Source of the DNA: Gemmatales bacterium
GTDB lineage: Bacteria; Planctomycetota; Planctomycetia; Gemmatales; HRBIN36
Assembly: GCA_041640595.1 (NCBI GenBank)
Contig: JBEPZY010000009.1
Location: 32,001-96,000 of the forward strand
Length of the DNA: 64,000 bases
Reading direction: 5' to 3'
The position numbers were made by a program, and so were the translations under genes. Below, piece after piece: positions 29,478-40,506 of the stretch (positions within the stretch are counted from its first letter, which is position 1; the number at the start of each line of letters is the position of its first letter). A model generated the notes under the pieces. It saw nothing but the letters and a program-made list of their open reading frames with translations, ran no database searches and was not told where the DNA came from.

Positions 29478-30302
29478 ATGCACCTCCAGGAGAAGCCAGT
29501 AAGCCAGGACTGGACAGAAGAGCGAACGGAAGCGCCAGCGAGCTTCTCCATATGGGAGCTATTGCGTTCCATCATCCGATTCAGCTGGGGACGTCCGATC
29601 TGGAGCTGGCAAACCCTGGTGAGCTTGCTGCTGGTCGGGCTGGCCGCAGGTGCCGTGGTTGCCCATCGGGCGATACGCGGAGAGTGGGCCGAGCAGGAAT
29701 TTTTCTCCGAAGTGCTCCTGGGTGGATATGTTGGCTTCTTGTTGCCGGTGTTGTGTCTCAGTTTCGGTACGCAACTGGTGGGTGGTGCCTGGGAGGAAGG
29801 CTGGCTAATCTGGTTGCTGCTCAGGCCGATACCGCGGGGCCTGGTGTATGGGTTATTGCTGGCCGCAGCTGTTCCCTGGACGCTGGCGTTGACGCTCGGT
29901 GGTGCATTGCTTCTCGCAGCCCTGGCCGGGCATGCTACCTTTCGTGCCTGCTTATCCGTTTTGCTTCCGCTGACGATCGGCAGTGTGGCTTATCTGGCGT
30001 TTTTTGTTTGTCTGAGCGTCTGGCTCCGCCGTGCTGCCCTGGTGAGCATCGCTTACGTCTTCGTGGTGGAAAACGTCATCAGCTATCTGCCAGGCTGGAT
30101 CAATCGCGGCAGCATCAGTTTTTACATTCGCTCGCTGCTAATTGCTGACGGGCCAGTTCCGTTTGAAAATGACGCGATTTTGTCGCTGGTGCCCGTAAGT
30201 CCAACCGTAGCCTGGACGGGTCTGCTGATAATAACGTTCGCTTTCACCGTTGCAGGTGGTATGATTTTTTCGCGCCGGGAATACGTCGAAGGCAATCCGT
30301 AG
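29478..30302 (+). CDS. ABC-2 type transporter permease
   Basis: About 6 TM helices; WEEGWLIWLLLRPIPR (ExxxGTxxxLLxRP-like) and C-terminal FSRREY. Confidence 0.75.
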   Translation: MHLQEKPVSQDWTEERTEAPASFSIWELLRSIIRFSWGRPIWSWQTLVSLLLVGLAAGAVVAHRAIRGEWAEQEFFSEVLLGGYVGFLLPVLCLSFGTQLVGGAWEEGWLIWLLLRPIPRGLVYGLLLAAAVPWTLALTLGGALLLAALAGHATFRACLSVLLPLTIGSVAYLAFFVCLSVWLRRAALVSIAYVFVVENVISYLPGWINRGSISFYIRSLLIADGPVPFENDAILSLVPVSPTVAWTGLLIITFAFTVAGGMIFSRREYVEGNP

Positions 30303-30337
30303 CGGCGTGATCGTCGCCAGCCAGCGGCGGAAAACAA

Positions 30338-30785
30338 GTGGTCAGTGGCCAGCAATCAGTGGCCGGTGATCGGTGGTCAGTGGCTGGCAATCAGTGGCCG
30401 GTGATCGGTGACCGGTGGGCAGCAATCAGTGGCCGGTGATCGGTGGCCAGTGGCCGGCAATCAGTGGTCGGTGATCGGTGGCCAGTGGCCGGCAATCAGT
30501 GGCCGGTGATCGGTGGTCAGTGGCCGGCAATCAGTGGTCGGTGCTCAGTGGCCAGTGGCCAGCAATCAGTGACCGGTGATCGGTGGTCAGTGGCCGGCAA
30601 TCAGTGGTCGGTGATCGGTGACCGGTGGGCAGCAATCAGTGGCCGGTGATCGGTGGCCAGTGGCCGGCAATCAGTGGTCGGTGATCGGTGGTCAGTGGCC
30701 GGCAATCAGTGGTCGGTGATCGGTGGTCAGTGGTCAGAGGCCAGCGGTCGGTGGCCGGTGACCAGAGCTCGGTGATCGGTGGCCA
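30338..30785. repeat. Tandem heptamer array (CAGTGGC / CGGTGAT / CGGCAAT / CGGTGGT units)
   Basis: About 60 degenerate 7-mers; reverse-complement units at 30885-30991. Confidence 0.9.
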
Positions 30786-30878
30786 ACTGGGAGCGGTCAG
30801 CCGCGGGTGGACGGTGACCAGCGGTTCGTATCCAGCTTACAAGCGTAACCAATCACGCAGCAAGCGCCCAAGGCCATA

Positions 30879-30991
30879 TTCCCGGCAACTGGCCACTGAC
30901 CACTGATCACCGACCACTACTAGGGGCCACTTGTAACTGCCTGCTAATGACTTTTCCGGCAACTGGCCACTGACCACTGATCACTGACCAC
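30879..30991. repeat. Direct repeat pair (39 nt + 35 nt insert), period 74
   Basis: TTCCCGGCAACTGGCCACTGACCACTGATCACCGACCAC (30879) vs TTTCCGGCAACTGGCCACTGACCACTGATCACTGACCAC (30953), 37/39. Confidence 0.8.
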
Positions 30992-31028
30992 CGAGGGAAG
31001 GGGTCTTGCACAGACGGCGTCGTTCGAT

Positions 31029-31146
31029 AAACAGCCTGCAAATGCCCATTGGAAAGAAAGCGCACGAGTGACACCCTGGCGATCGGCGCCAGGTAGCCCC
31101 CAAACAAGCCGAAAATGCCATTGGGGAGAAAGCGTATGAGTGACAC
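31029..31146. repeat. Direct repeat pair, period 72; second copy contains the start codon of the next gene
   Basis: AAATGCCCATTGGAAAGAAAGCGCACGAGTGACAC (ends 31074) vs AAATGCCATTGGGGAGAAAGCGTATGAGTGACAC (ends 31146). Confidence 0.75.
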
Positions 31147-31867
31147 TCCGCCGCCAGCTGCCTGGCTCTTCCAGGACGTCGCGGATTTCGTCGAGCAAAT
31201 CCGCGCCGCACAGGGTCGCGTAGTGCCAGCTTCGGGAGGTTATCGCCCAGCCCAGTTGACGGTATGCATCAGTCGCGAAACCGGCAGTCGCGGTGGAACC
31301 ATTGCCCGCAAGGTGGCGCAGCTATTGCAGTGGGACTACTACGACCAGGAAAAACTCGAATATCTGGCGCAGGAGGCCCATCTCGAACAGGAACTGTGGA
31401 TGGGATTACCCGAGCAGGCTCGCATTTGGGCGGAAGAGCACCTGCGGCAACTACAACACGAAGGCCGGCTCAGTCAGCATACAACCATTCAGCAGCTGGC
31501 GCGAGCTTTGTTAGCACTGGGTTGTCGCGGACACGCCGTCATCCTGGGTCGGGGAGCGGGTTATTTGTTGCCTCCAGCCAGCACGTTACTGGTACGGGTT
31601 ATAGCGGACGTAGCAGACCGTGTTCGTTACATCAGTGAATTCCACCGCCTGCCCGAAGAACAGGCTCGGCAATATGTCCGTCAAACCGACCAGCAAAGAA
31701 TGGAATTTGTACGCACTCATTTTGGCAGGGATCCGACGGAGGTGCATCAATACGACCTGGTAGTGAACTCCAGTTTGCTCAGCGTCGAAGCTGCCGCTCA
31801 GGTCATTGCCCTGGCTGCCCGTTACAAAGAATCGCAGCTGGATGAGACCGGCAACGCGGAATCGTGA
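31136..31867 (+). CDS. Cytidylate kinase-like family protein
   Basis: TVCISRETGSRGGTIA, VILGRGA and YDLVVNS motifs. Confidence 0.85.
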   Translation: MSDTPPPAAWLFQDVADFVEQIRAAQGRVVPASGGYRPAQLTVCISRETGSRGGTIARKVAQLLQWDYYDQEKLEYLAQEAHLEQELWMGLPEQARIWAEEHLRQLQHEGRLSQHTTIQQLARALLALGCRGHAVILGRGAGYLLPPASTLLVRVIADVADRVRYISEFHRLPEEQARQYVRQTDQQRMEFVRTHFGRDPTEVHQYDLVVNSSLLSVEAAAQVIALAARYKESQLDETGNAES

Positions 31868-31870
31868 GGC

Positions 31871-32695
31871 TTGGCAGTGATGGATACCGCCCCGGTGGCA
31901 TTTGCGGTTTCGCGCTTACGCAGTTTTGCGCCGGAAGTGGCACTGGTGCTGGGTTCTGGTCTGGACGGGGTAGCCGCGACCATTTCAGCAAGCGGAAGTT
32001 TGCCCTATGGAGCAATCACTAACGGATGCACCACCACGGTACCGGGACACCCAGGCACAATAGTGTGGGGCACTTTAGCCGATCGGCGTGTTCTGATGTT
32101 TCGGGGCAGGTTTCACCGCTACGAAGGCCATGATCGGACGACCGTGTGCTGGCCGGTCATGTTATCGGCCAGTTTGGGAGTACGCCTGTTAGTGCTCACC
32201 AACGCGGCCGGTGGAATTCGTACCGATTTGCTGCCGGGCACATTGATGCTTGTGCGGGGCTGGATTGATTGGATTAACTGGGCTGGCCGCGAGCAACACA
32301 AACGGCTTCCGGTAGAGGACACAGTACCCGATTGGGCAGTTATTCATCCGCTGCCGATCGGAAAGGAGGTGACGTTGTTGGCAAAGGTTGCCGGGCAACA
32401 GGGTCTCGACCTCCGCGAAGGGGTGTTGGCAACGGTGAGCGGCCCCAATTACGAAACACCGGCGGAAATTCGCGCCCTGCGTGCTCTGGGAGCCGATGCG
32501 GTTGGCATGTCCACGGCCGCTGAACTGGCCTGTGCCTGTCAATTATCCCTGCCAGTCGTCGCAATTTCCTGTATCACCAATCGTGCGGCCGGCCTGGCGC
32601 CTGTGCGGTTGTGCCATAGCGAGGTATTGCAGCAGGCGTCGCAGATGGTGACTGCTCTATCAGGACTGCTGGCGGAATTTCTGCGGCACTGCTGA
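31871..32695 (+). CDS. Purine-nucleoside phosphorylase (family 2)
   Basis: VLGSGL, GRFHRYEG, TNAAGG, GPNYETPAE, ADAVGMST and ITNRAAG. Confidence 0.9.
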   Translation: MAVMDTAPVAFAVSRLRSFAPEVALVLGSGLDGVAATISASGSLPYGAITNGCTTTVPGHPGTIVWGTLADRRVLMFRGRFHRYEGHDRTTVCWPVMLSASLGVRLLVLTNAAGGIRTDLLPGTLMLVRGWIDWINWAGREQHKRLPVEDTVPDWAVIHPLPIGKEVTLLAKVAGQQGLDLREGVLATVSGPNYETPAEIRALRALGADAVGMSTAAELACACQLSLPVVAISCITNRAAGLAPVRLCHSEVLQQASQMVTALSGLLAEFLRHC

Positions 32696-32847
32696 ACATC
32701 GTGCTGGCAAGTTGCGCCTGGGTCCGCCCACCGGCTAACTGACTCGACTTGTTTATAGGTCGCTTTGCCGATGCTGGGTTGTTTCGCCGATGATTGATTG
32801 TCTCGCCGATGCCATCTGAACGTTGCGGAAGGCAGACTGCCCATTGA

Positions 32848-34392
<1,545 letters not shown>

Positions 34393-34526
34393 TGCCCGCC
34401 GCTTGGCTCCCCTCGGTCAGCAACCACGAAGGCGCGTAGACACCAAAACAAACTCGGTGTCCTTGGGATCGGCAATTTTCCAAGCCGCTAGGAAGAAAGA
34501 CACCGCTATGGTCAGGCCAGCGGTGC

Positions 34527-34997
34527 TTATTGGCGGCGGAACTCGAATTCTTTGTCGGTTTTGGGGATGACCACGACGTGGTACGGCTGGGTGAGTACCT
34601 GGATGGTAATGCTGCCCGGAGGCGGTGACGTTTCTTCTACGAAAACGAGCAGCTTATCAGCCTTCGCATCGTGCCTGATATCCCGAATGCGGATACTGTA
34701 ACCGCCGGTCGGTTTCGTGCCTGCAAACACCGCTACGACCGTCTGCTTTTCAAAATCCACCTCTGGCAAAGCCGGCTTGGGTTCAACATTGCGGTGGATT
34801 TTGGCCCATAAATCCGCCCAGGCTTTGGCGTCGCGGATGATTAGCTGCGCTGGCTTTTCCACTCCGCAATGGCTGCCTCTCCATTCCCGAAGGATGGAAA
34901 TTTTATCCGGCGTCTTTTCCTGGGCGTTCATCGGAGCGCACACCAGAGCTAGCGTAAGCAGTCCCGCCAGAGTCCGACTCACGGTTTGCATCGGCAT
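34527..34997 (-). CDS. Exported PrcB C-terminal-domain protein
   Basis: Signal peptide; PEVDFEKQTVVAVFAGTKPTGGYSIRI and QVLTQPYHVVVIPK. AAGGAG RBS. Confidence 0.85.
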   Translation of the reverse strand: MPMQTVSRTLAGLLTLALVCAPMNAQEKTPDKISILREWRGSHCGVEKPAQLIIRDAKAWADLWAKIHRNVEPKPALPEVDFEKQTVVAVFAGTKPTGGYSIRIRDIRHDAKADKLLVFVEETSPPPGSITIQVLTQPYHVVVIPKTDKEFEFRRQ

Positions 34998-35245
34998 TCT
35001 CCTTTGTAAGCACCCCGAGCATCGCGGCAAGTGAGCCGACCATCGTGATTTTTTAGCGGCAATGTTCGCGGGTTCGCCGTTTACTTTGCTATGACGAACC
35101 ACGCCAGCATAGCCAACCGTCGCGGTGCTGCGGACCGTCTCCGCTGTGCCTTAAGATATGACGAAGAAGCCCGGCGTGCGATCGCATGTTTGGACACGGT
35201 CGCCATTTCAGCCAGGCCTATCAAAAACTTTTTCGGCGGACAGAA

Positions 35246-36394
35246 TCAGGTGGTTACCACCAGGTTATCGCGGTGGATGGCTTCTTCGTAATGGTCGGGA
35301 CCAACGATTTCCGCAACGCGGTCGCTTCGCAAACCGCAAATCTTACGTAAATCAGCCGCGGCGTAGTTGGTCAATCCCCGGGCAAATTCCCTGCCCTCGG
35401 TATCCACGATGGCCACGACATCGCCTTTGTTGAAATTGCCGACGACGCGAACGATGCCGATGGGGAGAAGACTGCGTCCGCGCTTTTCGACAGCATCGCG
35501 GGCACCCGCATCCACAATGATTTTGCCCCGCGGTTGTGCTGCCCAGGCGATCCAGCGTTGCCGGGCACGCAAGATACCGCCGCGCGGTAAAAACAACGTA
35601 CCGACCGGTTCCCCGGCCAGGATCGCTTGCAAAATGCCGGGTTGCCGACCATTGGCGACAATAACACAACCGCCGGCAAGCGTGACCAGGCGGGCTGCCT
35701 TCAACTTGCTCTTCATCCCACCACTGCCGAGTTCACTGCGACCCTGACTGGCGGTCTGAAGCACACGCTCATCAACATCTTCGACCGTTCGGAGCAGTTG
35801 TGCCCCCGGTTCTGCCGGATCGCGGTCGTAAAGTCCATCTACGACCGTCAACAGCACCAGAAGCGGTGCCGGGATCAGATTGGTCACCAGCGCCGCCAGA
35901 TGATCGTTGTCGCCAAAACGAATTTCCGCCACGCTTACCGTGTCGTTTTCGTTGATTACGGGCACACAGTTAAGCTCGAACAGCGTCAACAGGGTGTTGC
36001 GAACGTTGAGATAGCGGACGCGATGATCAAAATCGCCGGCAGTCAGCAGCAACTGGGCGGCATGGTAGCCATAATGGGCGAAAGCTTCCTCGTAAACAGC
36101 CATCAGTGCGCTTTGACCAACAGCGGCGGCGGCTTGCAGGTAACGCAGGTCCTTCGGTCGCTGCTTCAATCCCAGCCGACCCATGCCTGCTCCGATGGCG
36201 CCAGAACTCACCAGCGCCACTCGCCGGCCTGTTTGCCGAACCTGGTGGATTTGTTCCGCCAGGTGTCGCACGCGCTCAGGATCAAGAATGCCCTGAGCAT
36301 CTGTCAGCACTTGCGTTCCCACCTTGACGACAATCGTCTGTGCCTCGGTCAGGACTTCCTGCCGGACCGGATCAATGGCGAATCGCTGTTCCAT
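35246..36394 (-). CDS. proB: Glutamate 5-kinase with PUA domain
   Basis: IVVKVGT, VSSGAIGAG, PVINENDTV, FGDND, GGMKSKL and PUA domain. Confidence 0.97.
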   Translation of the reverse strand: MEQRFAIDPVRQEVLTEAQTIVVKVGTQVLTDAQGILDPERVRHLAEQIHQVRQTGRRVALVSSGAIGAGMGRLGLKQRPKDLRYLQAAAAVGQSALMAVYEEAFAHYGYHAAQLLLTAGDFDHRVRYLNVRNTLLTLFELNCVPVINENDTVSVAEIRFGDNDHLAALVTNLIPAPLLVLLTVVDGLYDRDPAEPGAQLLRTVEDVDERVLQTASQGRSELGSGGMKSKLKAARLVTLAGGCVIVANGRQPGILQAILAGEPVGTLFLPRGGILRARQRWIAWAAQPRGKIIVDAGARDAVEKRGRSLLPIGIVRVVGNFNKGDVVAIVDTEGREFARGLTNYAAADLRKICGLRSDRVAEIVGPDHYEEAIHRDNLVVTT

Positions 36395-36646
36395 AGTCGC
36401 CGGGTTACTCCATGAAAGGTAAAAATCGTGTCAGGCCAGGCCGCTTCGGTTACCGTCTGGCTGCACGAATGCTCCTTCGGCAATTGCCATTCTATAGGCC
36501 CCGCCCAAACGCTTACTCGCAATGGCGCCAGCACTCCAAAACTTTTCGCGACGAATCGGGCGGAGTCTCGCCGTGCAACACGTCGCTATACCGCCGGGTT
36601 TTTCGACAGCGCACCAAAAGCGGTCGCCCAGCGGATCATGCTGGCT

Positions 36647-36831
36647 GTAACTGTTGCCGGCGGCCATAGATTGTGCGTTCCAGATGCGCACGGCCGTTGG
36701 TCAGTTACAAACCGAGGAGAGTAACTGTAGCCAGCGGCGATCGATTATGGGTTTCAGAACCTGGCACTGTCTATATATGTTCGGCAATTGCGGGTAACTG
36801 TAGCCAGCGGCGATCGATTATGGGTTCCAGA
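36647..36831. CRISPR. CRISPR-like mini-array: 3 x 38 nt repeats, 36 and 35 nt spacers; last repeat overlaps the 3' end of the M81 gene
   Basis: GTAACTGTAGCCAGCGGCGATCGATTATGGGTT(T/C)CAGA at 36721 and 36794 (37/38) plus a degenerate copy at 36647 (32/38). No cas genes nearby. Confidence 0.6.
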
Positions 36832-38287
36832 GCGGGTACATCGGCCGAATGCGGCGATATTGCAGCCGGCGGACATTTACCGTGGTCAGCCCAGGCGTAT
36901 CTACTTCGATGACCGTACCGGCAATGGGCATGTAGGCGGCCTTCCACGCGATCGCGCCTTTGACCACAATGATCCGCAATTGTCGCGGCTCAATTCCCAG
37001 GCAGGTCAATTGACCGAGACTGAATGGCGGATGGCGTTCGGAGGTCAGGACAAGGAGATTGCCGCCGTCCATTTCCAGCAATGCCGTCCAGCCCATGCGA
37101 TGCACTCGCATTCCGCCGTGCCGGGCTTCGCTTTCCTCGTAAGTGCCCGGATGCAATAACCGCACCCGACCGGTAACGGTGACCGGTGAGCCATGCCACG
37201 CATCCGTTTTGCCGCCTACGGTCAGCGTCAGGGTTGCCCCAGTTCCCGCCCGCTGGCATTGCTGCACTGCTTCCGGGTCATACAGGCAGACGAGACTCTC
37301 ACTGGCACCTTGCCTGAGCAATTCCGCCAGCAACACCGTACCATCAGCAGCCGAACCGCCTCCAACATTGTCGCCGAAATCAACGAGGATCACCGGCGTT
37401 CTGGTGGCGCTCAAGGCCTGGCGGACGGCTTCGGTAGCGTCGGGCAATTCCGCCTGCATGGCTGCTCGCTCGTTCCACAGCCGCTCGGATAGCTCCACCA
37501 CCAATCGCCGGGCCAAGTCGCGGTCGGCATCCGTAACCGCCAGAAAACTCGGTCCCATCTGGGGTACATCGGCATAGGGAAAACCGAGCAGGAAACTCAC
37601 CGCCAGCACGCCGGACTGTTGCTCCGCCGAACAAATAGCCTCGAAATAGGCCGCCAGGGGTGGCCGGGAAGTATCCTGTCGCGCCAGGGAAATGATCACC
37701 GGTGGTTTGGCTATCGCGGCTACCGGATGGATTTCCCCGCGCAGTTGGCGTAAAAGTAAACGCGCGGCTCGCCGACCACACTCATACTGATCCACATGCG
37801 GATTGGTGCGATAAGCTACCGCCAGCGGAGACAATTCGGTTATGGATTCCGGCAGGTTACCGTGCAGGTCGAACGTTACTGCCAGCGGAAAGTCCTGCCC
37901 GACCACCCGGCGAATCCGCCGCAACAACTCGGCATCGGCATCCGCGAAACGAGGCGTGACCATCGCCCCGTGCAGAGCCAGCAGCAACGCATCGTAACTG
38001 CCACCCTGCAATTGCCGGCATAAATAGTCCGCCACCTCCTCGAACAAACCATCGTCCACCGCGCCTCCCGGAGTGGCCCAGCCCAGGAACAACGGCTCAG
38101 CCTGGTAACCGCTTTCCTGCAATTCCCGCAAAAATCCCGCGATCTCGTGATGGGAATCGCCCCATTCACGGACCCAATCCGAACCGAAAACCAGCGTTTG
38201 CCGGGCGAACGCCTCCCGATCGGTGAGCCGCGGGTGAAAGGTGTTTGATTCGTGCAGAAAACCAGCCACCGCGATTCGTGCGGCCAT
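36818..38287 (-). CDS. M81 family metallopeptidase (MlrC-like)
   Basis: RIAVAGFLHESNTF, LALHGAM, DLHGN, YRTNPHVD and DNVGGG. Confidence 0.92.
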   Translation of the reverse strand: MAARIAVAGFLHESNTFHPRLTDREAFARQTLVFGSDWVREWGDSHHEIAGFLRELQESGYQAEPLFLGWATPGGAVDDGLFEEVADYLCRQLQGGSYDALLLALHGAMVTPRFADADAELLRRIRRVVGQDFPLAVTFDLHGNLPESITELSPLAVAYRTNPHVDQYECGRRAARLLLRQLRGEIHPVAAIAKPPVIISLARQDTSRPPLAAYFEAICSAEQQSGVLAVSFLLGFPYADVPQMGPSFLAVTDADRDLARRLVVELSERLWNERAAMQAELPDATEAVRQALSATRTPVILVDFGDNVGGGSAADGTVLLAELLRQGASESLVCLYDPEAVQQCQRAGTGATLTLTVGGKTDAWHGSPVTVTGRVRLLHPGTYEESEARHGGMRVHRMGWTALLEMDGGNLLVLTSERHPPFSLGQLTCLGIEPRQLRIIVVKGAIAWKAAYMPIAGTVIEVDTPGLTTVNVRRLQYRRIRPMYPLWNP

Positions 38288-38300
38288 GCTCAGCTCCAGC

Positions 38301-39116
38301 TTACGTCGTGTTCTGGCCCGGTGCGGTGTCGCCAAGCCAGTAAAGCAAGGTTTTCACTTCAAATGGCTTCAAGTCGGGCTTCAGGGAAAGCAGTCGCGCC
38401 ACGATACCGGTAAGATGAGCGGCTGCCCAGCTCGTGGCCAGGGTGTTCGCAAAAGGCCCGTAGTAAGCACGGCTATGGGCCTGGAATTCAGTAAACGTAT
38501 CAGGTGCGTAACGAAATTGCAGCGGGGCGGCGAGTTCTCCTTTACGCACCGACAAAAGCGGCGGGGTATGCATGGCAGGCCAGCTCAAAATCAGCGGATG
38601 ATCGTTATGCGCTGCCGCCACCAGAATCACATCGCGGCTGTAGCAAAATTGAAGCGCCTGCCAGAGGGCATAGCGTCGCGCCGGCGATTGCAAACGTTCC
38701 TCTGCCACGCCCAGGGAAATGTTGATCAGCTTGCACTGCCAGTGCGTCACCGACCAGTGCAATGCCTGAACCAGCTTTTCGACGGTGCAGTTTCCTGTAC
38801 CGCCAAACACATCTGCAGAAAAGAGCTGGACCCGGGGAGCTAGCTGCAAAATGATGTCTGCCACCGTGGTACCGTGAGTGGCGCTGTGCCGGCCGGAATA
38901 GGGCAAAACCTCACCCGCAGGGCCGAAAATGACGCCTTCGATCTTCGGTGGCTCATGGCCCCGCTCCCGGCAACGCCGGGCGATTAATTCGGTATCCACG
39001 CCCGTATCCACCAGGGCCACTTTTACCCCTGAACCATCCGCCGCCGGGTCGCGGAGGAGCCGATCCCGATCCAGCCGTTGGAACAGTTCCTTGAAAAAAT
39101 CGCCTGTGGACGCCAT
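38301..39116 (-). CDS. Short cytoplasmic S8 (subtilisin-like) serine peptidase
   Basis: Catalytic triad motifs VALVDTG, HGTTVA and ATSWAAAH; no signal peptide. Confidence 0.85.
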   Translation of the reverse strand: MASTGDFFKELFQRLDRDRLLRDPAADGSGVKVALVDTGVDTELIARRCRERGHEPPKIEGVIFGPAGEVLPYSGRHSATHGTTVADIILQLAPRVQLFSADVFGGTGNCTVEKLVQALHWSVTHWQCKLINISLGVAEERLQSPARRYALWQALQFCYSRDVILVAAAHNDHPLILSWPAMHTPPLLSVRKGELAAPLQFRYAPDTFTEFQAHSRAYYGPFANTLATSWAAAHLTGIVARLLSLKPDLKPFEVKTLLYWLGDTAPGQNTT

Positions 39117-39149
39117 GAGCGGAGAATGTAATAGTTCCGGCTCGGCCGA

Positions 39150-40457
39150 CTAATTACCGGAAGTCTGGCGGGTGCCATCTGGCAGTTCCAGCACTCGACT
39201 CAACAACTGCTCCAGCTGGTCGAGCAGTTGCCGGCAGAATTGCAACGCCGGTGGGCCATACCGTCGCAGCAATTCCCGCAATTGCCAGGCTAACTCGACC
39301 AGTTCGCGGGGATTTTCAGGAAATAATTCCGGCTGCTGAATCGCTTGCTGCAAGTGAGCCCAAACGGCTGGCTGCGCGGCGACGGTGACGCTCTGCGGAC
39401 TGGCAGCCGTACCGGCTTGCAGGGCGGCCTGGAGTGCCCGCCATACTGCAGCATGCAGTTGCCGCTCAGCAAGCAGTTGCTCCAGCACAGCTCGCGCCAG
39501 CTCCTGAAAATGACGCACCAGGGTTCGCTCTCGAGTACCCGGTTCACGTCGGCCCAGCGGAGTATCGAAAACTTCCAGCACCGCGGCCCGCGGTGGCTCC
39601 AGAGGCACGGGGACTACCACCACATTCTCGTGGGCCAGTTCGTAAGGTTGCAACGTGACCCCTGGCGGCACCATTTCTTTCAGGTTTGCGAGCACGCACA
39701 CTTCCTGCATCGCCAGCGCGGTTGCCGCCAGCGTCTCGGCAAACGGCACATTTGCCGTTTCCAGTCGCCGGCCTTCCATGTCGAACAGGTCCACGGAAAA
39801 ATCGGGGACATGAGCACGGTCGGAATTGCCCTGAGCATGCACTGCTGGAGAGTCCGAAGAGGCGTTGCTTGCCTCCATTTTGCTATGTCGAACCAGGAGC
39901 ACACCGTGTCGCGTTTCGAAAATATCCTGGCCGAACTGCAACAGTGCCCGCAATGATTCGCTCGGAGCGATACCGCTCGAAAGATCGCTGGTCGTCTGCA
40001 CAAGCGGCACAATTGCTTCCAGCGCCTGCTGAAACTGGCGCACTCGTTCCAGATGCTGACGCTCCCGCTTGGCCGGTCGAATTTGCTCCAGCTGTCGCCG
40101 AACCACCGCCAGCAAAGTTTCTCGTCGCAGGTCGCGGTTTTTGTCGAGGTAGTCGCGCACACCCATCCGCAACGCATCCAGCGGAGTTGCCTGGTGAGCG
40201 TAGCCCGTAACCAGAATCGCCACCACCTCCGGACAAAACACCCGCAAGTCTTCCAGCAACTGCAACCCGTTATTGCCCGCGCCAAGATTCCAATCCAGAA
40301 TCGCCAGGTCTATACTCCGCTGACTGGCGATTTGCAAAGCCGACTCCGCATCCCAGGCTTCTACCAGCTCACAGTCCGGATCGGCTCCCTGCAACCACTC
40401 GCGAAACGTCCGTCGCACTAATTCCTCGTCATCCACAATCAAAATGGTCTCAGCCAC
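39150..40457 (-). CDS. Response regulator with GAF-like output region
   Basis: ILIVDDE, LAILDW, VTGY and YLDK receiver motifs; C-terminal GAF-like region (VVVVPV...AVLEVFD). Confidence 0.8.
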   Translation of the reverse strand: MAETILIVDDEELVRRTFREWLQGADPDCELVEAWDAESALQIASQRSIDLAILDWNLGAGNNGLQLLEDLRVFCPEVVAILVTGYAHQATPLDALRMGVRDYLDKNRDLRRETLLAVVRRQLEQIRPAKRERQHLERVRQFQQALEAIVPLVQTTSDLSSGIAPSESLRALLQFGQDIFETRHGVLLVRHSKMEASNASSDSPAVHAQGNSDRAHVPDFSVDLFDMEGRRLETANVPFAETLAATALAMQEVCVLANLKEMVPPGVTLQPYELAHENVVVVPVPLEPPRAAVLEVFDTPLGRREPGTRERTLVRHFQELARAVLEQLLAERQLHAAVWRALQAALQAGTAASPQSVTVAAQPAVWAHLQQAIQQPELFPENPRELVELAWQLRELLRRYGPPALQFCRQLLDQLEQLLSRVLELPDGTRQTSGN

Positions 40458-40506
40458 GGCGCTGCCCTCTTCCGAGCCAGCCTGGCAGGAGGTGCGGACA
40501 CGCTGG

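Noticed and set aside
32764..32812. Short ~18-20 nt tandem repeats (also near 18655, 20502, 43424, 60591)
   Set aside because: Explained by ordinary slippage; no insert and no shared motif.
36477..36488. 12-nt match to spacer 2 of the 36.7 kb array (TTCGGCAATTGC)
   Set aside because: Short and partly palindromic; insufficient to call a self-derived spacer.
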